The notes under the pieces were generated by a model, which saw nothing but the letters and a program-made list of their open reading frames with translations, made no database searches and had not been told where the DNA came from. Positions 48,875 through 58,033 of a stretch of DNA of 64,000 nt are shown here, piece by piece. The stretch lies in assembly GCA_024641635.1 (NCBI GenBank), contig JAHECS010000013.1, positions 9,482 to 73,481 on the forward strand, in the 5' to 3' direction. Source of the DNA: Actinomycetes bacterium. Lineage in GTDB: Bacteria; Actinomycetota; Actinomycetes; S36-B12. Within the stretch, counting starts at the first letter, position 1. Each line of letters begins with the position of its first letter. Made by a program: the position numbers and the translations under genes.

Positions 48875-50218
48875 ATGCGCGTCGCCGTCGTCGGTTCCGG
48901 TCCCTCAGGCGTGTACGCGGCGGACGCGCTCGTCTCCCAGGACGACGTGCCCGTCGAGGTCGACATCATCGACCGCCTCCCGGTGCCGTTCGGGCTTGTG
49001 CGGTACGGCGTCGCCCCCGATCACCTGAGCATCCGGTCGGTGCGCGACACCCTCGACAAGGTGCTGGACAAGCCGGGCGTGCGCTTCCTCGGCAACGTCA
49101 CCGTGGGCGAGGACGTCTCGATGGCGGAGCTCCACGAGTGCTACGACGCCATCGTGCTGACCTACGGAGCGTCGCGTGACCGCCGGCTGGGGATCCCGGG
49201 TGAGGACCTCGACGGCAGCGTCGCCGCGACGGACTTCGTCGCCTGGTACTGCGGGCATCCGGATGCGGACAGGGCCACGTTCGAGCGGCTCGTTCCGACG
49301 GCCACGAGCGCGGTCGTCGTGGGCGTGGGGAACGTCGCCGTGGACGTCACGCGCGTCCTGGCGAAGACGGTCGGAGAGCTGGACCACACCGACATGCCGC
49401 AGCACGTGTTCGACACCCTCGCGCAGTCGCAGGTGACCGATGTCTACCTGCTCGGTCGTCGCGGACCTGCGCAGGCGGCGTTCACGACCAAGGAGCTCAA
49501 GGAGCTCGGTGAACTCGTGGATGCCGAGGTCATCGTGCGTCCCGAGGACGTCGAGCTCGACGAGGCGAGCGCTGCCGTGGCCGCGTCGGAACGAGCCGTC
49601 GGCCGCAACGTCGATGTCATCCGCGAGTGGTCACTGCGCGCACCCGAGGGCAAGCGCCGCCGCATCCACGTCCGATTCCTGTCGCGTCCCGTCGAGATGC
49701 TCGGCGACGACCGGGTGCGAAGCGTGGTCGTCGAGCGCACCCGCCTGACGCCGGAGGGCAAGGCCGAGGGCACCGGTGAGATGGAGGAGATTGCGGCCGA
49801 CCTCGTCGTGCGCTCGGTCGGCTACCGCGGAACCGCGCTCGGCGACGTCCCCTTCGACAGCGACCGCAACGTCATCCCACACACGGCCGGTCGCGTCGAG
49901 CGCGACGGGGTGGTCGTGCCCGGCGAGTACGTGGCCGGCTGGATCAAGAGGGGCCCGACCGGGATCATCGGCACGAACAAGAAGGACGCTGTCCAGACGG
50001 TCGCGTCGCTCCTGGAGGACGCCGCCGCAGGGCGCCTGCCCCAACCGGGCAGGCCCGGCGGGATCGACGGCGTCCTGGATGAGCATGGGGTCCGCGCGGT
50101 GACCACCGCCGGCTGGAGGGCCATCGACGCTGCCGAGCGCAGTCTCGGGGCCACTCGGGGCCGGGACCGCACGACGATCCACGACCGCGACGACCTGCTC
50201 GCCGCCGGCGGGGTCTAG
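48875..50218 (+). CDS. Ferredoxin-NADP+ reductase, FprA/adrenodoxin-reductase type
   Basis: VAVVGSGPSGVYAA (FAD), VVVGVGNVAVDVTR (NADPH), and ..GWIKRGPTGIIGTNK... Confidence 0.85.
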   Translation: MRVAVVGSGPSGVYAADALVSQDDVPVEVDIIDRLPVPFGLVRYGVAPDHLSIRSVRDTLDKVLDKPGVRFLGNVTVGEDVSMAELHECYDAIVLTYGASRDRRLGIPGEDLDGSVAATDFVAWYCGHPDADRATFERLVPTATSAVVVGVGNVAVDVTRVLAKTVGELDHTDMPQHVFDTLAQSQVTDVYLLGRRGPAQAAFTTKELKELGELVDAEVIVRPEDVELDEASAAVAASERAVGRNVDVIREWSLRAPEGKRRRIHVRFLSRPVEMLGDDRVRSVVVERTRLTPEGKAEGTGEMEEIAADLVVRSVGYRGTALGDVPFDSDRNVIPHTAGRVERDGVVVPGEYVAGWIKRGPTGIIGTNKKDAVQTVASLLEDAAAGRLPQPGRPGGIDGVLDEHGVRAVTTAGWRAIDAAERSLGATRGRDRTTIHDRDDLLAAGGV

Positions 50219-51180
50219 CCGGACCAGGGGCGACCCGGAGACAGCTCCGCGCAGGTCCATCGGTGGCCGGCAACGAGCTCGCCGGTGCAGGACTCGCGTC
50301 GCGCTGCGGGCAGATCGATGCGTCGCAGAAGTGCACGCCAGGTTCGACCGTCTCGATGCCGTACCTCGCCGACGATGGAATCCGCATCGCCGCTCAGCTC
50401 GACCCCCGGCGACAGCGGGACGGCCTTGTCGCCCACCACCCGCAGGACGTCAAGGTCCTCCACATCCTCGATGCCGTAGTCGGTGCGCACCTCGATGGCG
50501 GCCACCTGGAAGGGAGGGGGCAGGGCGGTACGGCCACGGTACGAGTCCAGCAGGATCTGTCCCCGAGACGAACGTTCGATGACCAGCTCCGCCTCGGCCG
50601 GCCCGAGGCGCCCGTGCACGGCCGCGGTCGGCAGGCTCAGCATGACCGGGGCGAACCGGTGCCCGCCGATGTGGCTGCACTCCCACAGCCGATCCCGTTC
50701 AGCAGCCTCGGCTCGGGACTCGAGCAGAGTCGCGAGCAGCGGCCGTCCGGCCGTCGCACAGCACTGGTCGCGAGTCCCGTTGGTGCAGACGAAGTGAACC
50801 GGTGAACGCTCGACCCGCCCAAGGGCCGGAAGCGCGCCTTCGGCGATCGCACGCAGGTCCCAGGACATGAGCTCGCGGAGGTCCGCCACGACGCCGTGAC
50901 GCAGCAGGGCCCCACCCGGCGCGCTGCGGGCCACCCACACATGCCTCTCAGGACCGACCGTGCGTTCCGGACGGTCGGGATGGCGGGCCAGGATCACCTT
51001 CACCCCGGTGCCGTCCGCGGCGGACAGGTGGGCCGCAAGAGCCTCCGGAAGACGGCTCTCGGTGACCGCCTTGCGGCCCCACGGGCCCGGCTGCTCGACG
51101 ACGATCCAGGAGCTGGCCAGCGGAGCGGTGCCGGCCAAGGGCTCGCCGACCTGCCGGGAGTCCTGGGAGCAGGTCGTCAC
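50215..51180 (-). CDS. Sucrase/ferredoxin-like (thioredoxin-like 2Fe-2S) family protein
   Basis: ..[23 protein letters not shown].. is characteristic of the family. Its start overlaps the parC stop by 4 nt. Confidence 0.6.
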   Translation of the reverse strand: MTTCSQDSRQVGEPLAGTAPLASSWIVVEQPGPWGRKAVTESRLPEALAAHLSAADGTGVKVILARHPDRPERTVGPERHVWVARSAPGGALLRHGVVADLRELMSWDLRAIAEGALPALGRVERSPVHFVCTNGTRDQCCATAGRPLLATLLESRAEAAERDRLWECSHIGGHRFAPVMLSLPTAAVHGRLGPAEAELVIERSSRGQILLDSYRGRTALPPPFQVAAIEVRTDYGIEDVEDLDVLRVVGDKAVPLSPGVELSGDADSIVGEVRHRDGRTWRALLRRIDLPAARRESCTGELVAGHRWTCAELSPGRPWSG

Positions 51181-53630
51181 AGCGTTCCTCCGATCCCGCC
51201 GATGGGAGCCGGCGACGGTGTGCCCGTGCCGTCACGGCGCGGGTCTGGGGCAGGCAGGGGGACGGGGACTCCGGAGACGGTGGCAGCTCGAGCCGGACCG
51301 CGGCCGACCCATGCCAGGAGCAGCCGGTCCTCGCCCGTACGGAACCGATGGCACCGGACCCCGGCGGTGGCACGTCCCTTGCCGGGGTACTCCGAGAACG
51401 GCGTCACCTTCAGGGTTCCGGCCTCGGTGCCGGGGAGGGCCGCCCCGGAGCCGGCCACCGTGACGACCAAGCACTCGTCGCTCGGGGTGACCGCGGTGAA
51501 GGACACGACCTCGGCACCGGGGGCGACCTTGATGCCCGCCATGCCGCCAGCACTGCGGCCCTGCGGACGGACGGTCGATGCCGGGATGCGCAGGAGCTGG
51601 GCGTCCGAGGTGACGAAGACCAGCTCGGCCGCCTCGGCATCGGCCTCCGGCAGCCGGATCGCACCGACGACGCGATCGCCCGGGTCGAGGCGGATGACCT
51701 CCCATGAGTCCTTGTTCTGCGGAGCGTCGGGGACCACCCGCTTGACCACGCCCGATGCCGTCGCCAGCGCCAGCCCGGCCGAGTCGTCGATTGTGGTCAG
51801 GCACAGCGGCTGCTCACCGCCGGGCAAGTCGGCGAACGCGCCCAGCGGCGCCCCGGCGGAGAGCGCGGGCACTCCGGACACCGTCGGCATGGACGGCAGG
51901 TCGATCGCCCGGAGGCGGAGCACCCGACCGGCGCTGGTCACCAGTCCGAACTCGCCCCGCGACGTCGCCGGAACGGCACTGACGATGACGTCGTGCGTGG
52001 CCCGTTGGTCGTGGGCGGCGTCCCCCGGAGGGAGGGTGTCCGGGGTGCGGGCCAGCAGGCCGGTGCTCGACAGGAGGACGACGCATGGCTCGTCGTGCAC
52101 CTCGAGTGGCACCGAGGCCGTCACGGGCGCCGACGACGCTTCCATGAGGAGCGTCCGCCGCGGTGTCGCATGCGCCTGCGCGACGCTGGCGATCTCGTCG
52201 GAGACCGTGGCGCGGAGGACGTTGTCGTCCTCGAGGATCTCCGTGAGTGCGGCGATCTCGCGCCGAAGGTCGTCGCCCTCCTTCTCGAGCTCGAGCCGCG
52301 AGAACTTCGTGAGGCGCCGCAGGGGCATCTCGAGGATGTAGGACGCCTGCACGTCCGTGAGGTCGAACACGGCCATCAGCCGCTCCTTGGCCGACGCGGC
52401 GTCGTCCGACTCCCGGATCAGCTGGATGACCTCGTCGATGTCGAGGATCGCGACGAGCAGCCCCTCGACGAGGTGGAGTCGCGCCTCCGCCTTCGACCGC
52501 CGGAACGCGCTGCGGCGCCGGACGACCTCGAGCCGGTGGTCGAGCCACACGCGCAGCATCGTCAGCAGGCCCAGGGTCTGCGGCTGGCCGTCCACGAGCG
52601 CCACCGCGTTGATGTTGACGGTGTCCTCCATCGGCGTCAGCTTGAACAGGTGCTCCAGGACGGCCTCGGGGTGGAATCCGTTCTTCACCTCGATGACGAG
52701 GTTGAGGCCGCTGTCTCCGTCCGTGAGATCGACGACGTCCGAGATGCCCTGCAGCCGCTTGGCCAGCACCGCGTCCTTGATGCGGTCGATGATGCGCTCG
52801 GGTCCGACGTTGTAGGGCAGCTCGGTCACGACGATGCCGCGTCGCCGTGGCGTGATCTGCTCCACCCGGGTGCGTGCCCGGACTCGGAAGCTGCCCCGGC
52901 CAGTGGCGTACGCATCACGCACGCCGTCGAGTCCGATGATGACCCCGCCGCCGGGGAAGTCCGGACCGGGGATGAGGGTCATGATCTCGGCGAGGGTTGC
53001 GTCCGGGTTGGCGAGCAGGTGCCGAGCCCCGTTGAGCACCTCGCCGACGTTGTGCGGCGCCAGGGTCGTCGCCATGCCGACGGCGATGCCCGAGGCCCCG
53101 TTGACGAGGAGGTTGGGGATGGCCGCGGGCAGGACCGTCGGCTCGGTCTCGCGACCGTCGTAGTTCGCGCCGAAGTCGACGACGTCCTCGTCCAGGCCCG
53201 CCGTCATGTCCATCGCGGGACCGGCGAGGCGAGCCTCCGTGTAGCGCATGGCCGCCGGACCGTCGTCGAGCGAGCCGAAGTTGCCGTGGCCGTCGACCAT
53301 GGGCAGCCTCAGCGTGAACGGCTGCGCCATGCGGACGAGGGCGTCGTAGATCGCGGAGTCTCCGTGCGGGTGCAGGCGGCCCATCACCTCGCCGACGACG
53401 CGGGCGCTCTTGACGTGCCCACGGTCCGGGCGGAGGCCCATCTGGGCCATCTGGAACAGGATGCGGCGCTGGACGGGCTTGAGGCCGTCGCGGGCGTCCG
53501 GCAGGGCTCGCGAGTAGATGACGGAGTAGGCGTACTCGAGGAAGGACCCGCGCATCTCCTCGGACACGTCGATGTCGACGATGCGCCCGTGCGCGGGTGG
53601 ATCCGTCTTCCGGGTCGTGCGGCGTGCCAT
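51177..53630 (-). CDS. parC: Type IIA topoisomerase subunit A (topoisomerase IV ParC / GyrA2 type)
   Basis: ..[26 protein letters not shown] (catalytic Tyr). I saw no GyrA-box (QRRGGKG) in the C-terminal domain. Confidence 0.85.
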   Translation of the reverse strand: MARRTTRKTDPPAHGRIVDIDVSEEMRGSFLEYAYSVIYSRALPDARDGLKPVQRRILFQMAQMGLRPDRGHVKSARVVGEVMGRLHPHGDSAIYDALVRMAQPFTLRLPMVDGHGNFGSLDDGPAAMRYTEARLAGPAMDMTAGLDEDVVDFGANYDGRETEPTVLPAAIPNLLVNGASGIAVGMATTLAPHNVGEVLNGARHLLANPDATLAEIMTLIPGPDFPGGGVIIGLDGVRDAYATGRGSFRVRARTRVEQITPRRRGIVVTELPYNVGPERIIDRIKDAVLAKRLQGISDVVDLTDGDSGLNLVIEVKNGFHPEAVLEHLFKLTPMEDTVNINAVALVDGQPQTLGLLTMLRVWLDHRLEVVRRRSAFRRSKAEARLHLVEGLLVAILDIDEVIQLIRESDDAASAKERLMAVFDLTDVQASYILEMPLRRLTKFSRLELEKEGDDLRREIAALTEILEDDNVLRATVSDEIASVAQAHATPRRTLLMEASSAPVTASVPLEVHDEPCVVLLSSTGLLARTPDTLPPGDAAHDQRATHDVIVSAVPATSRGEFGLVTSAGRVLRLRAIDLPSMPTVSGVPALSAGAPLGAFADLPGGEQPLCLTTIDDSAGLALATASGVVKRVVPDAPQNKDSWEVIRLDPGDRVVGAIRLPEADAEAAELVFVTSDAQLLRIPASTVRPQGRSAGGMAGIKVAPGAEVVSFTAVTPSDECLVVTVAGSGAALPGTEAGTLKVTPFSEYPGKGRATAGVRCHRFRTGEDRLLLAWVGRGPARAATVSGVPVPLPAPDPRRDGTGTPSPAPIGGIGGTL

Positions 53631-53686
53631 GGGGTCCTCTCACAGCGGTCCGGGCGTGCCCCGGCTGTCCGTCAGATTCTCGCGGG

Positions 53687-54568
53687 TCAGCGCACCAGGG
53701 GGCTGGCTCCGACACGGCCGACTGCCGCAGCAGCCAGGCGCTGACCGTGCGCGACCGACTCGGCAAGGGGGTGACCGGCGAGCCACGAGGGCAGGAAGCC
53801 CGCCGTGAAGGCGTCTCCGGCGCCCGTGGTGTCAATGACGTCCTGGGGGAGGGCCGGCGCGTCCACCACGCCATCCGGGCCGCTGGCGAGGGCCCCTCGG
53901 GCGCCCACCTTGACGACGGCGGTGGCCACGCTGTCGGCGAGGGCGGCGAGGGCCTGGTGCGCATCGTCGAAGCCGGTCAGTGCGGTCGCCTCGGCCTCGT
54001 TCGCCAGGACGAGGTCGAACTGGGGGAGCAGCTCCCGCATCAGGGGGAGCTGGGCCCGGATCGGGGCGGCGGAGGCGGGGTCCAGGCTGCGCGTCGCTCC
54101 TGCTCCGATGGCCGTCTCGAGTGCGGCCAGTCCGACGTGCCTGGTGGCCGGGTTGAGGAAGGTGTAGCCCGAGATGTGCACGTGTGAGCCGGCCGGTATG
54201 AGCGCTGCCAGGTCGGCCGCGGCAAGGTCGGCGTTCGCACCTGAATCGGGGAACATCGTCCGCTCCCGCCGGCGATCCACGACGACGACGCAGGTCCCGG
54301 TCGGAAGCTCGCTCTCCTGCAGCCGGACGTCGACGCCGAGGTCGGCCAGCTGCCGCCGGATCGATCGCCCGAAGGCATCGCCCCCCACGCAGCCGATCAC
54401 CGTCACGGCCTGGCCATCGGTCGCCATCCATGCAGCGGTGTTGGCTGCGACCCCGCCGGGCTGCAGGCTGACGTGCGCCGGCGTGTCGCTCGCGTAGGCG
54501 ATGTCCGTGTCGATCATCGCGGTGACGTCCATCATGACGTCGCCGACGAGGATGCACTGGACGCTCAT
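53687..54568 (-). CDS. PfkB-family carbohydrate kinase, probable pseudouridine kinase
   Basis: ..GGVAANTA.. and ..DTTGAGDAFTAGFL... Sits next to psuG. Confidence 0.7.
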   Translation of the reverse strand: MSVQCILVGDVMMDVTAMIDTDIAYASDTPAHVSLQPGGVAANTAAWMATDGQAVTVIGCVGGDAFGRSIRRQLADLGVDVRLQESELPTGTCVVVVDRRRERTMFPDSGANADLAAADLAALIPAGSHVHISGYTFLNPATRHVGLAALETAIGAGATRSLDPASAAPIRAQLPLMRELLPQFDLVLANEAEATALTGFDDAHQALAALADSVATAVVKVGARGALASGPDGVVDAPALPQDVIDTTGAGDAFTAGFLPSWLAGHPLAESVAHGQRLAAAAVGRVGASPLVR

Positions 54569-54580
54569 CGCCCACGCACG

Positions 54581-55546
54581 CTAGTGCGCCGCCGAGGTGG
54601 CCGCCACGGCGATCCGGGCGGCGAGCTCCGCGTTGCGGACGATGATCTGCTCGTTGACGATCAGGCTGGCACCGTGGCTGGCGCGATGGAAGTGATCGAG
54701 CAGGAACGGCGTGACACCCTTCCCCGTCACGTTCCGCGCCGCGGCCAGGCGCAGCCCCTCCTCCAGCACGCGGTCGTGGACGTCCGGATCGAGCTGCTCG
54801 CTGGTAGGCAGCGGGTTGGCCACCACCAGGGCGGAAAGGATGCGCAGCGCCTCGCGCGCCTGCATGATGTCGGCGACCTCCTCGGCCGTCTCGACGGACC
54901 AGTCCACCGCGTATCCCGAGTCGGTCAGGTAGAAGCCGGGGAACTGATGCGTGCCCACAGCCAGCACCCCGACGTTCAGTGTCTCCAGCCGCTCGAGGGT
55001 CGCGCCCACGTCGAGGATCGACTTCACCCCCGAGCAGACAACGGTCACCGGAGTGACGGACAGCGCCGTGAGATCCGCCGACTCGTCCCAGCTGTCCCGG
55101 GCCTGCCGATGGACGCCGCCAAGCCCGCCGGTGGCGAACACCGAGATGCCCACACGGTGCGCAAGGTGGCTCGTGGCAGCGACCGTCGTCGCGCCACTGC
55201 CTCGTCGGCTCAGGAGGGTGGCGAGATCCCGGCTGCTCACCTTGACCACGTCGCTCCTGTTGGCCACCTGGTCGAGAGCCGCCTCGTCCAGGCCGATGTG
55301 GACACGCCCATCGAGGATCGCGATGGTGGCCGGAACCGCACCCCGAGAACGGACGATGTCCTCGACCTCGGTGGCGACCCTCAGGTTCTCCGGTCGAGGC
55401 AGGCCGTGGCTGATGATCGTCGACTCGAGGGCCACGACTGCGAGGCCGTCGCTGAGCGCGTCCGCGACGTCCTCAGCGACGACGAAGAGGTCCGGGTCGA
55501 GGCTGGAGAGCATGCCGCTGGAAGCCTCTCTGGTGGGGGACGTCAC
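54581..55546 (-). CDS. psuG: Pseudouridine-5'-phosphate glycosidase
   Basis: ..ALESTIISHGLP..FATGGLGGVHR..CSGVKSILD.. (IndA/PsuG family). Confidence 0.85.
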   Translation of the reverse strand: MTSPTREASSGMLSSLDPDLFVVAEDVADALSDGLAVVALESTIISHGLPRPENLRVATEVEDIVRSRGAVPATIAILDGRVHIGLDEAALDQVANRSDVVKVSSRDLATLLSRRGSGATTVAATSHLAHRVGISVFATGGLGGVHRQARDSWDESADLTALSVTPVTVVCSGVKSILDVGATLERLETLNVGVLAVGTHQFPGFYLTDSGYAVDWSVETAEEVADIMQAREALRILSALVVANPLPTSEQLDPDVHDRVLEEGLRLAAARNVTGKGVTPFLLDHFHRASHGASLIVNEQIIVRNAELAARIAVAATSAAH

Positions 55547-55627
55547 GTCTCGACCCTACCTTCGGCCACGGTCCGCCCGCAGCGGCCGGGGTCGCCAGCA
55601 CGGAGCCGTGGGGGCCAGAATGGCGGC

Positions 55628-58033
55628 GTGGAGCGGCCCGCATACCCCCTCGAGTGGGAGGCGGACGTGCTGCTCCGGGATGGGCACCCCGTCCACCTGC
55701 GGCCGATCACCCCTGACGACGGTGAGGCGCTCCGGGAGTTCCACGGGCGGCTGTCCGCCCAGACGGTGTACTTCCGATTCTTCTCCACGAAGCCACGCCT
55801 CACCGACGCCGACGTCGAGTACTTCACTCGCGTCGACCACCGCAGTCGGGTGGCCCTGATCGCCCTCGAGCGCGATTCCATCGTCGGGGTGGGGCGCTTC
55901 GACGCGATCGGCGACGGCACCGCCGAGGTGGCATTCATCATCCGCGACGACATGCAGGGTCGCGGGCTGGGCTCGGTGTTCCTCGAGCACCTTGCCGCAG
56001 CCGCCCGCGAGGTCGGGGTGCGGAGGTTCCTCGCGGAGGTCCTGCCGGAGAACTCGCGGATGCTCGCCACGTTCCGTGAGGCGGGCTACGAGGTCCAGCA
56101 GCGCCGCGAGGAGGACGTGGTGGCCGTGGGCTTCGACATCGAGCCCACCGCCGCGAGCGTGTCGGTCATGGAGGCACGTGAGCACCGGTCCGAGGCCCGC
56201 TCCATGGAGCGCATGCTCAGCCCGGAGTGCGTCGCCGTCGTAGGGGCCTCGCGGACGTCCGGTGGCCTCGGGCATGCCGTTCTGACGCACCTGGCCGACG
56301 GCGGCTTCACCGGCCAGCTCATCGCCGTCCATCCCGAGGTGGACGAGATCGCTGGGGTGCCCTGCGTCCGGAGCCTGGCGGCCGCTCAACGGCCCATCGA
56401 CCTCGCGGTGGTCGTGGTGCCTGCCGCGCAGGTCCCTGCGGTGCTCCAGGATGCCGCCGCCGCGGGCGTCCACGGGCTCGTCGTCGTCTCGGGTGGCTTC
56501 GGGGACAGCGGCCCCCAGGGCCTGGATCTCCAGCGCGAGCTCGTTGCGACCGTCAACCGCACGGGGATGCGACTGGTCGGGCCCAATGCCTTGGGGATCC
56601 TCAACACCGACCCTGCGGTCCGGCTCAACGCCTCCCTCGTCCCGCGGATGCCCGCGATCGGGAGTGCCGGCTTCTTCTGCCAGTCGGGAGCGCTCGGCAG
56701 CTCGATCCTGGACCGCTTCGCTGCCAAGGGGCTTGGAGTGTCCAGTGTCGTCTCGGCCGGGAACCGAGCGGACGTGTCCGGCAACGACCTGCTGCAGTTC
56801 TGGGAGGAGGATCCCCGGACCGAGGTCGTCCTGCTGCACCTGGAGACCATCGGGAACGCACGCAAGTTCGCCCGCCTCGTGCACCGCCTCGCGAAGACGA
56901 AGCCCGTCGTCATGGTCCGGGCCGGCGGTGCGGGCCTGCGCCACCCCCTCGGACACGCGGTGGTGAGCAGCTCGCTCGGTCAGCACGCCGTCGACCAGAT
57001 CCTCGCCGACTGCGGCCTCGTGGTCGTCGAGGGAGTGGACCGGATGATCGACGTGGCCCGGGTCGTCGTGGGGCAGCCGCTTCCTGCCAGCCCCGGGGTG
57101 GCGATCGTCAGCAACAGTGACGCACTCTCCGCACTGGCGGCCAACGCCCTCGTCGCGCATGGCCTGGAGCTGGTCGAGCCACTGGTGGCCTTCGCGCGCG
57201 AGGAGTCGCCGACGGCCTACACGGAGGCCATTCGCATGCGGGAGCACGACCCGTCGGTGGGCGCCGTGCTGGCCATCTACGTCCCACCGATCGAGGAGCC
57301 GGCCGAGGAGGCGATCCGGCGGACCCTGCGGTCGTGCGCCGACTGCGGCGAGGACCGGCATGCACCCGTGGTGGCAGTGATGGCTGCCCGACCGGGCGGC
57401 GAGGAGCCCGGCGGGCTGCCCGTGTTCGCCGACGTCGAGGATGCGGTCCGCGCACTTGCCGACGCGCACGCGATCTCGGTGTGGCGTGCTGCCGACGCGC
57501 GCAGGTCATCAGCGACGGACGAGCCCTGGTCCGGTGACCTCGTGGAGGTCCCGGCCGGCCCCGGCGTGCTGACCGCTGATGACGCGGCCCACATCGTCAC
57601 CCGCGCCGGGGCGACCCGGATCGTGTGCGACCTGGATGCGTCGGGGGTCGTCGGATGCGACATCCGGCTCGTCGACGACCCGCTCTTCGGCGCCGTGGTG
57701 ACCGTGGCCGTCGACGACGAGGTGGCCGACCTGCTCGGGGATCGCGAGCATCGGCTGGCTCCGGTCACGTGCGCCGGGGCCCTGGACATGATCTCGTCTC
57801 TTCGCGCCTCGGCCCTCCTGACGAGGGGGAGCGACCATGCCGACTCCGTGCTCGAGGGACTGGCCCGCGCGATCAGCGACGTGAGCCACCTGCACCAGCG
57901 CGCCCCCGGGGTGCGCGAGGCGACGCTGCGACACGCGACGAGGCGCGCGAGCGGCGATGTCACGGTGGGGGAGATCACCGTGGTCGTCGGGCAGACCGCC
58001 GCAGCCGCCGACCCGACGGCTCGCCGCCTGTGA
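55628..58033 (+). CDS. Pat-type protein acetyltransferase: N-terminal GNAT fused to an NDP-forming acyl-CoA synthetase-like region
   Basis: GNAT motif A MQGRGLGSVFLE, then a CoA-binding/succinyl-CoA-synthetase-like region (..VAVVGASR..VVSGGFG..GPNALG..). GTG start. Confidence 0.75.
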   Translation: MERPAYPLEWEADVLLRDGHPVHLRPITPDDGEALREFHGRLSAQTVYFRFFSTKPRLTDADVEYFTRVDHRSRVALIALERDSIVGVGRFDAIGDGTAEVAFIIRDDMQGRGLGSVFLEHLAAAAREVGVRRFLAEVLPENSRMLATFREAGYEVQQRREEDVVAVGFDIEPTAASVSVMEAREHRSEARSMERMLSPECVAVVGASRTSGGLGHAVLTHLADGGFTGQLIAVHPEVDEIAGVPCVRSLAAAQRPIDLAVVVVPAAQVPAVLQDAAAAGVHGLVVVSGGFGDSGPQGLDLQRELVATVNRTGMRLVGPNALGILNTDPAVRLNASLVPRMPAIGSAGFFCQSGALGSSILDRFAAKGLGVSSVVSAGNRADVSGNDLLQFWEEDPRTEVVLLHLETIGNARKFARLVHRLAKTKPVVMVRAGGAGLRHPLGHAVVSSSLGQHAVDQILADCGLVVVEGVDRMIDVARVVVGQPLPASPGVAIVSNSDALSALAANALVAHGLELVEPLVAFAREESPTAYTEAIRMREHDPSVGAVLAIYVPPIEEPAEEAIRRTLRSCADCGEDRHAPVVAVMAARPGGEEPGGLPVFADVEDAVRALADAHAISVWRAADARRSSATDEPWSGDLVEVPAGPGVLTADDAAHIVTRAGATRIVCDLDASGVVGCDIRLVDDPLFGAVVTVAVDDEVADLLGDREHRLAPVTCAGALDMISSLRASALLTRGSDHADSVLEGLARAISDVSHLHQRAPGVREATLRHATRRASGDVTVGEITVVVGQTAAAADPTARRL

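Noticed and set aside
34777-50218. Calling the catabolic supercluster a horizontally acquired genomic island or mobile element.
   Set aside because: I saw no integrase, transposase, tRNA gene, flanking direct repeats or obvious compositional shift. Only its accessory-type function and its position between parE and parC hint at acquisition. The claim is unsupported without comparative genomics.
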